DNA from: Camelus dromedarius
Taxonomy: Eukaryota
DNA length: 64,000 nucleotides
Assembly: GCF_036321535.1 (NCBI RefSeq)
Contig: NC_087437.1
Span: 23,376,001 to 23,440,000 of the forward strand
Direction: 5' to 3'
Numbering within the stretch: position 1 is the first letter of the stretch; the number at the start of each line of letters is the position of its first letter. The notes below the pieces were generated by a model. The model was not told where the DNA came from. It ran no database searches and saw nothing but the letters and a program-made list of their open reading frames with translations. Both the position numbers and the translations under genes were made by a program. Below are positions 11,775 through 25,625 of this stretch, one piece after another.

Positions 11775-11926
11775 TGAGGAAACTTTTTGGGTGTGATAAA
11801 AATATTCTAAAGCTGAACAACGGTGATTACTGCACAACACGATGAAGCAACTGAAAATCGTTGTGCTTTACAATAGTTACATTTTATACTATATAAATTA
11901 TACGTCAGTAAATCTGCTACAAAAAG
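11775..11926 (+). mobile_element. L1MB/ME 3' terminal fragment
   Basis: GGGTGTGATAAAAATATTCTAAA...AAATTATACGTCAGTAAATCTG, typical of an L1M 3' end. Confidence 0.65.
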
Positions 11927-14506
11927 GTTGCAAAATAAAATTTCCTTTTAATATTTTTACCAATAGAAACTTCACTTTAGCATTTTTAACTTTTATACTT
12001 TTTCAGGGTGATTATTCCACACAGAAAATAATTTCTAAGCTTTTGTCCTCTGAGCATCATTTTTTTCTTCACTCAATTATCTTGCAGAAATCATAAATCT
12101 CCAAGGTAACAACTCCTTTTCTTAAGAGGAGTCTATAAAAACAAAGATTAATTTTCTCATGTTGGAGAAGAGTTATTAACTGTTAAAAATGAAAAACTTT
12201 ATCTTTTTTCCTTGTGATATGCTAATTTTTTTTCCTTCCTCAAGAAGCTACTGTGTGAGAGTTCCAAAATTTCTCAGCTACCTTAAGATACCTTAAAACT
12301 TTGGTTATAATCTGTTTACATCTACAGAGACATTCTTCCAGTCTGAACTAGACTCCAGGAGTCCTCAAGATAAAATTCATTCCTAATTTTACCATCCCAA
12401 CTGAAGGATCTGGAAATTCTCTTTGGGGACCTAAGCCCCACTTCTCACTTTAGACTATTCTTTTCCAAGGAGCATGATTAAGAGTTCTGGAGAATTAGTT
12501 TGGAGGCTTGATTTCAGAAATAATGATAAAAACCATGCTGCAGACATGGTCTGACATCAGACAACTCTGTGATGAGGAAGCTGCAATCATTGGAAAGGCT
12601 AATAAGTGAAAAAGTACCTAATTGGTTTAGAACTGCATAAGATTGATTGTTTTCCATGGAACACGGAAAGAGAAACACATTTTGATTTAGTTTGAAATTG
12701 AGTGGTGATAAGAAAGTAGTTGGACAAGTCTTTCCAACTTGTTACTGGTATTTAGAAATGGTATGAGTTTTAAAGGATAAATTTTAAGATAGGAGACTAG
12801 AAGAGCATGTCTCACATAATGCCAAAAGTACAGTAGTGCATTGATTACTCAGGGAAAAGACAATGAGAACTCGGGTTTGAGCTCAGATTAGGTTTAGGGC
12901 TGGAGAGTGAAGTACTCCTGCCTTTATAAAATAGGAGGAAGGGCACAACCATTGGTACATTCCTTTATTATGAAAGGAAGGGATATGACAAATTAGGTTT
13001 GTAGATCTAGTGGTTGAAATTTTAAGAAACTCCAGTCAGATGGTTTCTATCAAATTATTACTAAAATTATTAAGCGCTTACAATGTAGTAGAGATAATGT
13101 TAAAACTGTTTCACATGTAAATAGTTACTTATTGGCAAAAAGTCAAAATGTATATTAGTATTTAATTTTATTCTATATCAGCTACTTGTTATTGTTGCTT
13201 TAAGCTGTTTCTTTTAATTTTCTTCTTTTTTTTCTTTTTGGCAGTTGTTCCTGTCTTCTGTCACTTTCTTTTTTCTTTCGCATTCTGAAGTATCCTTTAA
13301 ATGTTATTTAAATCTCTTAACTGATGAGGATTCTTCCAACTTCATATTCTAGAATGGGTCTGTTTTGGGACATGGGATTTCTCTTTTCAGGGCCAGTCCA
13401 CAACTCTTTCCCACCCTTTCTGCCTAACCATTCAATTACCACACAGCAAAATTTATAGTTTATAATTAATTATTTATATTCTGCATCTATTTTGATACAA
13501 TTATATAATTGATATCCAATCATTTTTATTTGTCCATGGTACTTTGCAGGAAGCAAGCAGTTTTGCACTTTGCCCTTCCAACTTGTTTCATTTGGCATCA
13601 TTGCACTATGCTTTTTAAATGACACCTTTATGAATACCTGACTTATGTATGAAAGAACACCAAGAATGAATGGTTTATTAGGAAGAAGGTAACAGTGCAA
13701 AATTCAGTGAAGGATATACCACTGGTGTGCACTTCACTGAATTTTAATAATATACTCAAATGTTAAAAAGTAGAAAAACCTTGGTATCATTAAGGCTCTG
13801 TTTCAATAGGCATGAATTCAATGGAAATGTATTTTAGTGTCACTTCCACTGTGATTGTAATGGCTCACGGGAGAAAACAGAAATAGGATCATTATTCATA
13901 CTTTATCTGCCAGGCTTTTTGAGGCAAATGATTTCAATGGAAATGTCTTACATGCTCAATTCTCTAATTTCTGTTGTTTGTAATGAAAGATTGAAAAAAA
14001 ATCACATGCTGAATTTTAGCATTTTAGCATTTATGTGCCAGTGAGTTTTTCATGAATCCATATATTACATTACTGACACTTTCTAGAATGGGGAATAAAA
14101 GATGGAAGTGATAGATAAAAACTATGACCTTGAGACCAGTTACAGAAATAAGGAATATAATAGGTATTTTCTACTTTGTATACTATACACATATTTTTTA
14201 TATTAGGCATTTTATTTCTCTCCCTTTTCCCTATTATTTTAAATAAAGTTGTCTGTGGTTAATTTGGTTTTCATGTTGCAGACTATCTAGACATGATTGT
14301 GACTGTAGGGGAATTAACATTTCTAGAGATGAATCATGGAGTCTTGGGCCAATCTGGGGAGAGTACATCATTGTATGAAGACTGGTTGCTTTTTGTAATT
14401 GAAAAGCATGATGTGGTGTTTAATGTTATTACAGAAATGATTAGATATGGGTAGAAGGATGTACGGGATTCCAAGTGTTAGAGAGTTTGACTATACTGGA
14501 AAGCAT

Positions 14507-14885
14507 CTGTTGCCTCTCATATCCACCCTTGCTTTTCTATAACTTCCCCTCTCCCACCACATAGGATTTCTGCAGACTACATTTCCCGGATGCCTTTACC
14601 AGCTGATTTCCTGCTCATTTCAGCTAATGGAAGGAAGGAAAAAAAAGAAAAATGCCACTTTTTAATGATTGCTGCTTTCCCCTCTGGCAGGGTGCTAATA
14701 AGACAGGGCAATGGCATTATTAATAGCAGTAGTAACAGAAACAGTGGTGGTAGTAGTAATATTGACAGAACTGTGGTGGCAGTTGAGAAAATAGGAGCAT
14801 CCAGTGAATGTGAGCTCCTGGATTCTTTCTTGGCACCTAAGTCTACAAGAACAGACTTAGTGGCACAGTGAGCATAGGCTCCAGG
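14507..14885. mobile_element. ERVL LTR, LTR33-like
   Basis: CTACATTTCCCGGATGCCTTTACCAGCTG motif followed by an AGT/GGT-rich stretch. Confidence 0.55.
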
Positions 14886-14887
14886 TA

Positions 14888-15118
14888 GCTCTGAAGTCTA
14901 CTTTGTCCAAAATTATTATAGCTACTCACACTTTCTTTTAGTTTGTGTTATCATGGTACGTCTTTCTCCTTCCACTTACTTTTAAAGTACATGTGTCTTT
15001 ATATAAGTGGGTTTCTTGCAGACAAGGTATAGTTGGATCTCATGTTTTGATCCACTATGACAATCCCCACTTTAATTGGTACATTTAAATCACTGACATG
15101 CAAAGTTATTATTGATAA
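14888..15118 (-). mobile_element. L1 ORF1/ORF2 junction-region fragment
   Basis: CTCTGAAGTCTACTTTGTC...GTTTCTTGCAGACAAGGTATAGTTGGATC. Confidence 0.7.
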
Positions 15119-17699
15119 TGATCATTCATGAATGAGAGTGTATCATAAAAAAAAAGAGTATGATTAACCTCCTTGAGTTCCAAGTGAGGAATGAAGGGAG
15201 AAACAAATATCATTTTAGCTTAAGACCATTTGAAAATTAACATTAACTGAAACAAACAAACAAAAAACAATAGTCAACCTCATTATTACTAGCTCGATAG
15301 CCAACTTACATATATTATCCGTACAATCACGTTATCGATATACCTACATATTTTTCATACACTTAATATTATCCATACACTCACATACAGGATGTTGTGC
15401 ACACTCTTCATAAAAAGCATTGGATGTTATGTATAGTACTTCATTAACAGTTTTTTAGTGTGTGTGAGATCTAGGGTCATAAACTGAACACAAGTATTTT
15501 CTGCTTTCTTTATTTAGCTCTGCAATGGAAATTAAAAAACAATCTGTTAAGATTTAAATAAAATGTATCTTTTTCTGTTTTTATTGTTTGAAGGAAGCCT
15601 TATTTATCCTTTGAATGCTGCTACTCAATTTGACTTGTATTTTTATGATTACCTCTTTTAGGTTACATGAACTACTTAGGCAGTTGTGATGTTGAAAGGG
15701 TAGCTGAATAAAAAATTTAAAAAATAACAAAAAAAGAAAGGGTAGCCAAATAAGCACTAAAAGCATAGCACTTGCTTTAACAAATCTAAAATATGACTCT
15801 AAATGATGCTAATCTGTATGCATCATCATTCTCTGCTCAATACAGTGGTCAGTAACCACAGCTCTGCAGCAGGTACTTATGTTTGTATTTGCAAAATACA
15901 ACCAATTATGGTGCTTCACATTTGAACTTGGCCTTGGAATTTATTGCAACAGAGTTGTTTTAGAAAGGCTGAAAATACTTAGTAGAAAATACTTAAGTTC
16001 TCTAACCCCAATTACCAACATTTTTTTATTTTCAATGTGGCTTCATTTCCTGCCGTTTTTCTTTATCAAGCTGATTTTGAGCTAAAAGCTTGTACACCAC
16101 TCACTGGAGGCAAAAATAAATAAATACTTTAAAACTTATAGAAGGTTATGAGAGCTTTTTAAAAATCAGATTTGAAAACTTGAATGAAAGACATTTATAA
16201 AAGGAGAAAGGAAAAATCAATCTCCATTAATCTTCCCAGGTGGGCATCAGTTGAGTCAAGCACTCAGTAGGAATTTACACTTTCTCACTTGCACAATGAT
16301 AAATGTTTATATCAACACCACAGTAAACACTGTCCAGCAAGAATCAGAGAAAAAGGAAGCACCAAAGGACTAAAGGGGTTAGAAAACATTGCAAGACCCA
16401 TGTGCTGTTATTTCTTTTAATTTTCCACCTCATTAACATCTCAGAAGGGAATATGCTGAGTGTGCAGAAGTTATACCCTTTATTATTAAATGCTTCACTG
16501 CATCTAGTTCCTTACTGTCCTCAGTGTGTGTGTGTGTGCATGTGTGTGTGATATAAAATGTTTTACAGATATCCATGTAGTTTCTAGTTCTGTCGCTTAT
16601 TTGAACCACAATGAAAAGAATAAAACTATTAGGTATGGAATGATTTATTGAACATTTGATGATTTTGTGAAATGCTTTAATCTAGTATAAAAAATAACTA
16701 TATTCCAAGATATTTCCTAGCTAAAAATGTCTGCTATTAAACTTCCTATGATATACTGGAAAGGAAGGGAAAATAACCCAGGATATATGAGGAAATAATT
16801 TATTCTGATCTCAGTTCTAGCATTGAACATTTGGGATTATGAGAAAGTCATTCAGATTTTCTTCTTCTTAGATTCACTGATAGTATTAGAAAGTATCATT
16901 TCCAAAGTCATGATTATTCCTTCGATATTTTCTTCTCAACTCATTATTTTATCACAATTTTTCAATCTTGTGTTGTTTTGTAATGATCTACTGTTTACTT
17001 TCTGCCTCACTGAGCAGAATGTGAATTCCTGGAGAGCATGGTCTTAACTTATTTATATTTCTATCACACATATTACTGAATTCTAAGTTCCTTTGCAGCT
17101 TTAAAATTGCTTGAAATGTATTTTGTTGTTTTTCTTAAATATAAAATTTAAATATAAAGTTTATACTTAAAGTTAAATTTATAAATATTTAGCAAGTATA
17201 TATATATATATATTAGCATGAAAGAGTACGACCACATGTCCTTTGAAATGACATGTTAAAAGGACTTTGCTCATGTTTGTAAGCTTGTGCAAAGCTACCT
17301 TCTTTTACAGAAAATTATTGTTGTGCACATGTGTCTTTTTGTTGGTATTTCTCTTTAGAATGCTGGTCAAGTACACATTCTTAAATCATGGTCAGCAAAA
17401 AATAAATTACTTAATATTTGAATAATTAATCATTTAATATTTAGTCAAGAGTTTAAGCTGTTAACATTGGAACAATTGAGTATGTATATATATTTATACA
17501 TACACACATACATATAAAATGTTATAATTACTAAATATGAAAGGTATAACAGAAATTTTATAACATGCATTAAAAATCATTACTTTGCTAAAGCAAGTTA
17601 TGTGGTTTACATTTTGAAGTTATGATCATTTTTCCTCCTGTGCATTGTACTGTACAATGTACTGATTCTCATCAGTACATTTAAAAAAATCAGTGTGTC

Positions 17700-18391
17700 T
17701 TCTTTCTGTTCTTCATCTATCTCTTTCTGTCTGTCTGTCTCCTGTTTCTTTTAGAATGGTAGAGCTAGGATAATTCAGTTTGAATAGTGCGCTATATTGG
17801 CTTGAGATTTAGAGACTGTATGCAGTCCAGCATGGGGGTGTCAGAGCTTGAGTGTGGTCAGGAAGCTAACCACGCTGAAAGGCAGCCAACACAGGGTACG
17901 AGAGCCAGGGCTGAAAGGATGTCCCTGTAGAAATACAGCCCAGTGACGATGGCAGAGCTCAAGCAGGTTGAGGAGGATGTCTGTGGTGGGGCATACCTGG
18001 CATGTGGTGTCAAAGTCCAAGAGGATTGAAGAAGTGTCTTTACAGGAGGCAGAGCTGTGTGTAGTGTTGGAGCCCTGGAAGGGTGAGGAGATTGTGTGCA
18101 GGGAGGGCTGCCTGGCATGGGGTGTTGAAGGCTGCACAGGATGAGAAGAGGGTCCATTAAGTGGTGGGGTGGTGACAGCGGCCCATCTGGAAATTTCTCA
18201 GCCCAAATAAGATGAGGAGGGCACATGTCTGAAGGAGGAGTTTAGTAGGGATTGGACATTGTTCTCCTACAGGAAACTGAACAAATAAACTCGTGAAGGA
18301 CAATGGGCACTAGTTCTCTAATTGTCTAAGAAGGGAATTATAAATGTGAAAAGGGATAAAATCAGCATGAACTCTGTGGTGTTGGACTGGG
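17700..18391 (+). mobile_element. L1MC4-like 3' UTR with GC-rich degenerate internal repeats
   Basis: Repeated GGCATGGGGTGT.../GGTGAGGAG units, ending AGCATGAACTCTGTGGTGTTGGACTGG. Confidence 0.7.
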
Positions 18392-18611
18392 CTATAATTA
18401 GTTTCCCCATTCTGCTAGTACAGGAAACTTTGGTTATTTCTAGTTTCTTCATTTTAAAACGTTATAAGATTTAAAAGTTTTTAACAAAAATTTTGTGTAG
18501 TTTTTATTATTTTGTGGGGAGATAATGTAGAAATAAATTTCCCAAATAAAAATACACGAATAGTTTCATGGTTTTAGATACCCAATGCCAAACTGACAAC
18601 AATAAAAACTT

Positions 18612-19032
18612 TTTTTATAGAGACTTTTTTTAAGAGGAGTTTTGGGTTCACAACAAAAATGAGCAGAAAGTACACAGAGTTTCCATATACTCCTCCCCAT
18701 ACACAGGCACAGCGTCCCCCACCATCAAATCTCCCGCCAAAATGCTATATTTGTTGCAATCAATGAATAAACATTGGCACCTCACTCTTGCCCTACGTCT
18801 GTAGTTTTCATTAGGGTCTGTGTTCGGTGTTATACTTTTTATGGGTTTTGGCAAATATGTAATGTTATGGAACCACCAATATAGTATCATACAGAATAAT
18901 TTCACTGCCCTAAAAATCTATCCAGTTTGCTCCCTCTATTTATCTCTCCTTCCCCGAAAGCATCTGGCAGCCACTGATCTTTTTACTGTCTCTGTAGTTT
19001 TGAGTTTTCTTGAATGTCACAGAGTTGGAAAT
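18612..19032 (-). mobile_element. L1MC1/2-like 3' end
   Basis: GGGTTCACAACAAAAATGAGCAGAAAGTACACAGAGTTTCCATATAC...TTTCACTGCCCTAAAAATC. Confidence 0.8.
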
Positions 19033-19469
19033 AACTTTTTTTTTAAAGTGCACGAGAACTTTACAAGCAAGCTTGTTACCATACGGGCTTACTAATTTTA
19101 AGTGTTAGCAGTAGAAGTATTTAGGAATTTAAACACCATAAAATTTTATTTTCTTGTTTAATTTCAACCTCACCCTTGCTATCTGTCTTTGGCTAGTCTG
19201 GCTGACACTGCTTTCCCACAATCTACCAGTGAATTTGTAATAAAATCCAAATTTTTTTTTATCACGATCTAGCTTCCCATGACCTTACCCTACCCAATTT
19301 TCTGCTCTTATATCATTCTCTATTTCCCTAATCTCAGCATCAGTATCTCCTTTCTCATCATCTAATTAACCCACAAATACTGAACTCCTCCTACGTGATA
19401 GACATTTCTCTAGATGTTATACAGAGGTAAACAGAACAAAGTTCCTACACCATGAGCTTAGAGTCTACT

Positions 19470-19920
19470 ACACTAGCCAAGCACATTGCCATTTCAGGGT
19501 ATTAGTATTTGTTTTCCCTTTAACTAAAATGCTTTCTCTACTCCTTTGTATACTTAAGATATCAGCTCAGAAGTCACTTCCAAAGTATCTGCCTCAGAAA
19601 AATACAGCTGACCACTTTATCTATAAAACAAGCCTCTCTCACCAGAGTTTCTCTTAATCTCATTATCTCTGAGTTTGTTTCTTTGCACTTTTTAACATTT
19701 GTTTACTTGCTTACCCAGAAATATGTAGGGACCTACAATTCACTCTTGGCTATTAAAACTCCCAGTTCAGCCTAATATCAAAACTTCTCTCTCTTGTTCC
19801 CATTAATTGTATCGTTAGTGCTTAGCATTGTGCCTGGCACATAATAAGGGATTGAAAAATATATTGAATATGTGAGGAAATGAGTTTATGACTCATCAGA
19901 TGAATAAATGAATGAATGAA
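19470..19920 (+). mobile_element. L2 3' end
   Basis: TGCCTGGCACATAATAAG...GAATAAATGAATGAATGAA tail. Confidence 0.75.
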
Positions 19921-22900
19921 TAATTGAGGTGAGAATAAGATTCAGTTAGGACATAAAATGAATCATTTTCTAATCTTAGATTGGAAGAGCCAGGAATAGG
20001 AAATGTGTCAGAGAATTGCTTGCTCTTAAGCTGTCTTGAAAGATAAGTAGGAGATCACCAGGTATTTCTGGAGTAAAGAGCATTCTAGCTAGAGAAAGCT
20101 GAGGGGAAAAAAGGTTTAGAGATGGGAGAATATGGTGCATGAAGGAGACTAAGAAAAGTAGTCTGGTTGGAGGGTAGACAGTAGAGCAGTCATAAGACTA
20201 TATGAAAGTAGAGAAATCAAGCAATTGGAAGCCAGTCTCATTGGTCATATTGGGTTTATAGTTCAGCCATAACAACGTAATTATCATTATCCAAGCATTT
20301 CTTTTTACATCACTGATACTCTGGAATATACCAATTCATGGTCAAAATCAAAGCTTTCTTGTTACCACCTCTGATCCCATCAGGTGAAGCTGATCACAAC
20401 CCCTTCTATATTATTTCAGTACAGAACTTGTATATAACTGGACTTGAACACATCACTCACCAGCAAGATTAAAGTCTTTCCTGAGCTTTTTGGAGACTTT
20501 AAGTGCTGGAGTAGTATAGGGCTTTTTGTGCTTCTCTGGTACTTAGCACAGTTGTTGGTAGTCAACGCTCACTAAACATTAGACATTTTCTTCTCAATTT
20601 CCCCAATGTTACCTTCCAAATTTGGAAGTGACAGCTTATGCGGTGCTGTCTAACACAGAACATGATCCATCAAAAGCAAACATAAATACTATTAATAGAC
20701 AATGAAAGTCAGAGATGCTTTAAACTTATATAAAAGAGGAAGGAGCAGTAGTGTTGGTAAAAATACCGAAGAAAATATTACTCTCAATAATTAATGTTAA
20801 ATAATTTTAAAAAATTCATGGAGGATAGAAAAAGAAGGGGGAATGGGGATAAATAATACATAAAGGCTTTCTCATTTTGTTGTTGAGTTTTATAATACTT
20901 TAATTCTTGCTTATTCCTTCTTGCATTTGAACCTTAGATAATTAAAGTGCTTTCCCTGAGGGAGAGATTTTCACAAACTAGAGCATCATGCTAAATGGTT
21001 GCACATGATTGCATATTTTTGGGCTGTTTGATTTGACATCTTTTCAACGTGCTTGGGTTGAAGCTTTAGCTGATTTTTGCTACTTTTTTTCCTTATTTTT
21101 TTCCTTTTGCTTCTGAGAATGCATATTAATCAAGTTCTATCTAGACTCATTAGAGTTGTTGAATAAGTTACCCATAGCAGATTTTGTGAAATAAATCTCG
21201 TAATGCAATTCTCAATGGACTGTAAAAATCTGTTATTAGTTACTTATCAAGATACTTCTGAGTGATATTAAATATCCCATTGGTCTTCTGATTATTATTC
21301 TGGTGTCACGTAAAATTATAAGATGTGTGAAGAACGTCCTGTTAAATACTAAATTTCCAACATGAATGATTTTTACAATCACAAATTTAAGTTATTACTC
21401 CTCAAATTTTAAGAAGTTCATCCTTAACATTTTTCCTTACAGTTCTTTACTTCATGGACAACTGTATAATTTGATATTAAAGTGGAATATTTTTTGAGTC
21501 ATTAGGTTTCACTAAGGATAAGCTACTGTTAGTTCACCTGAGTAAGGCACCATTTATAAATCTATACCTGGAGAGTAGACAGCCAATGTGCTCTGCACTA
21601 ATGTACAGTGATGCGCGGTTTTGCTCACCTTACTGGCCAGTAAGCTGTGCCTGCCTTCACAAAGCAAATGAACAGTTAACTCTTCCACGACAAATGCTTG
21701 GTTGCTTTAAAATCATAGACTCACTCTGTGATATGGCTTTTTCATCTATAAAATAGGAACAGTCTATCTCATGGTTGTTGTCAGGATACAACGACTTCTT
21801 GGCATTTAGGACGAGTTCAGTATGTATCAGCATAACATTACAAGACCTTACAGGTTAGTGCCTGGTGGGCTTTATGAAGATGGGCTTTATCAGAGTCAGA
21901 TGTAGAAGGATGTGCTAATAAAACTGAAAAGAAAAGCATCCAATGGACTTGTCAATATGAAGGTCCTTCATCTCGGTCCTGTTTTCACCCTTGGTTTATA
22001 CTTCAAGGTACAATGGTTTACACTTCAAGGTCCTCTAAAGCCACGGACATCAATGAAGTATTTTCTTTTCTATTTATTGTGTACTGATAGAAATAATTAT
22101 AATTAATTTTCCTTAATGGTAGCCTGAAGTGAATTTTTTTGTGCCAACTATTCAGTTAAAGCAACGCTTCCAGAGTTTTCTTCTTTCAAATTTATTCCTT
22201 AAGGAAAAAAAAACAAACTTCTGCTCAAGACATTTTTCTCCAAGTGAATCATTGGCGTGTTGCTTCTAGAGGGACCTCTGCACTCAGCGCCTGTTAATGT
22301 ACTTGAAATTATTCACAGTTCAGTATTGCAGCCACCATAATCCCTATTCTTCTCTTTCCTTGGCCTGAACATTATGTTCTCTCAGACAGGTCATTCAAGG
22401 GAGATGGTATATTATGAAAAGGAAAAAAAGTAATAATAGCATAATTATGTTGTCCAGGAAAGTCCAATAGACAATTAAAGGACGTGTTGAAATAGGCTTT
22501 ATCAGAAATTATGTATTTGTTCTCTATATATTCCCACAGTGTTGTTACACAGTTCATTGCTCAAATTTAGTGGAAGGCTAAATGATAACTCAAATAAATG
22601 TTATTTTAAACAGCTTTAACATTCTTCTGAATAACAAGTCAAAAGCAAAATGACTGGGTAATAATCGTTTAATACTTCTTGGATGAAGAGGTATTTTAAT
22701 AGGCTCATTAGGAAGAGTCTAGAATAGTTTGAGAATGCTGTTAATCTTTAGAACTGGAAGATTCTAATGAACAAAGAAAACAAAACCAAAAGAAATAAGT
22801 ATGAATCAAAGTTGGGAGTTTGCCAAAAAAGTATTTTTTAAAAGTATTAACATATTTAAGCTTTATTTTAGTCTCACTTTCTCACAGGTATTTAAAATTA

Positions 22901-25399
22901 ATGCAGTTTATATAAGTTAAGAATATGTCTGAGTTATGAGAAGAGAAATTTTCAAATGGAATTTAATCAGACAGTAGAAGTTTAGAAGAAGCTTATATCA
23001 ACTGATCTAATCTGTCGGGCTATTGAAGTGTTTTTACAAAACGGGAACACCATGATAAAACTGGTTTCAAAGATTGACTAAATGGATTCTGTATTTATAT
23101 GACCCACGGAATAAAATAATTTTCAAGACTTTACTCCAATAAACTAATAATTTTACATTATGAAAAACTGTCTTTTCTTACTAATCTTGGAACAATGAAT
23201 TCCCATTGGCAATACTTTATAATTTTATGGAAATCATAGATTTGTAAACACAAATTATTTTCCAAGTAATAATTATTCTAACACATGTAAAAACTATGAA
23301 TAAATAATGAAAATGTGATGTTATAGAAAATTATAAGTATTTTCTCCATTGAAAAATCAGACTGTACTCATGTGACGGTAAATATGAGAATATATAAATA
23401 AACAGATTACTTGAGTATTTATGCACTTAGTGATTGCCACGATTTTTGCCCCTAAGGTATTATTTAAACCTATATGTATATGTGACGATCTATATCTATA
23501 TACCCAGGTTTATGTCTACAGAAAGTTGAAAATCTAATTTGGGATTTACAATTTATGCAAAACAAAATATGGCACAAAAGATAACATATATATATAAATG
23601 CTAAGCTGTGTTGCTACTACTCTGCTATAGGCCTTTAGAAAGGGAGGAGATCAGTGTTTGCTAGATAACCAGTCGAGGACTACAAGAACAGGAAGAAGGC
23701 TTAGAGATGACTGTTAACTCCAGCCCCCTTGGAACACATAAGAAATCTAAGACTCAGAGAATACGTGACTTGCCAAGTTGAAGAGCTGGTATCAAGAGCC
23801 AAACCGGTGCCTTGTCAGTTTAGTGTTTTACGTGGGCTTGCACTTTGGCATGTTAAGTGTCATAGTTCTTTCTTTAGGGCGCTGTCCTAATCATTGCATG
23901 TGTTATGTATCTGTGCTGCCTGCTCACTAAGCAGCATTCCCAAATGTTCCACATATTTATTTCCAAGTGCTCCTTGGGAGATGTACCGACTTTGCTTGAA
24001 AACTCTTTTAATACAGGAGTCCAATTAATCACAAGAAATTAAGATTTGTAGTAAAATTTGAAGATACTGTAGAAACTCCTCAACAACTGGCAATTTATTG
24101 TTATGGTGATGATTATTTAGTTTTTCTGCTGGCATTGCAGCGAAATGCTTTATGAAAGTTCCAAATGGAATTTTTTACCAACCTATAAGCTATAGATAAG
24201 ATGGGTGAACAGATTAAACACCATTGTGCTCCAGGAAATTTTAATATAGGATTAAAATCTGTCAGTTTCTTTTGCTGTTGCCTTAAAGCACTTTTTTCTC
24301 CATGTGCTAATATACTCTAACGGTAAAATTACTTGATTACAGCCCAGTGACATTCTTCCCACACTTCATCACGTACTTGTTCAACAAATTCGTAATAAAA
24401 ATACCTTTGGAAGCAAATTAAAACTAGGTCCACTAACATGCACAGCAAGAAAGAGTACACATCAGAAGAACTCAGGAACATCGCATGAAACAAAGAAAGA
24501 GACATTTACTTTAGGGTTTGTGAGAAGGGAAGAATTTAGGCAAAATTTAAATATAGCAACATATATTAGCCTTAAATATGTATGTTCTCAGAGACTTTTA
24601 AACCCACAAATTCTCATTCTGGTTGAAATAGGAGTAAATCCTCAAGGATAAAGCTGGATTGAAAGTAAATGTAAACAAATTTTGATCAAGGTTTACAAAC
24701 TTAAATGCCTACACTGGCCAGTTTCCACGGGTAAACAACACAGACTAGGCTGGGTGGGGATCTTAACTTGAGAACACCTGCCTTTTCTTCTCAACTCCAG
24801 TTGTCAGGACAGTGGCCTCACTGTGGCCACACCAGTCCTTACAATTTTTCAAATAAATTATGAACTTCCATGTTTGTATGGAAAGTGTCAATTTTTTAAC
24901 ACTGCCAATTAAACATTTTATTAACATAGCGTGGGTTAAAAAAAAGTGCCCACTAGTCAAATTCTGCCTCTTTTTTGACAGACAGTATGGAATCAAGTCT
25001 GACCACATTTTGAATCTGGATACAGCCATTGGGCTCTGTCTGAAATGTCCTCAATTATGACCGTTCAAGGACACAAATGTCCCAGGTCGTTTTATCCTGA
25101 TTACTGAATGAGGCTTGGAGATGGCTTCTTATAATATTTATTTCTCATCAATATTTGATGAAGACTAAAGACAACTGCATCTTACATAAAAATTAAGTAT
25201 TCCATAATTAACTGCAATCTTTTTAATCTGAAGTATGTTTTGTTTACTTATTATTTGGTCTGACTTCTGAGTAGATTCCTATTAACTCACCAATTTATAG
25301 CTATATATTCCTGGAAATTCGAAATTATCAGGTACATTTTCTTCTGTTTAGAAGATCACATGGTGGATTTGGGTAAAAAATGAGGCTGGGATAATAAAA

Positions 25400-25625
25400 A
25401 TTGTTAGTACTTACACAGCACTTTGTACATTGTGAAGCATGTTTAAATACTATCTCATTTTGATCCTTTTGTGTGATTTATCAGGTAAGTATTGTTAGCT
25501 TCACTTTCTTGAATAACACAGAAACTCTCAGAAAGTGTGAATAAATTCCCAGAGATCACACAGCCATTCAGCTGTAGAGGCAGAAGTTCTTTAAGCCAAT
25601 CTTACATTCTTTCCAGCATACGACA
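25400..25625 (-). mobile_element. MIR SINE
   Basis: TATCTCATTTTGATCC...CCCAGAGATCACACAGC. Confidence 0.55.

Noticed and set aside
16240..16373. Plus-strand acceptor CTTCCCAG followed by a 44-codon open frame
   Set aside because: No recognisable protein and no partner exons.
17841..18226. Overlapping 98-aa and 122-aa ORFs in GC-rich DNA
   Set aside because: They lie in the GC-rich repeat portion of an L1MC 3' UTR.
21629..21704. Possible minus-strand exon (TTTTAAAG|...AAG|GTGAGC)
   Set aside because: The acceptor is weak, the peptide is unrecognised, and such sites are common by chance.
24763..25120. 88-aa ORF or possible DNA transposon remnant
   Set aside because: I could not identify TIRs or any protein similarity.
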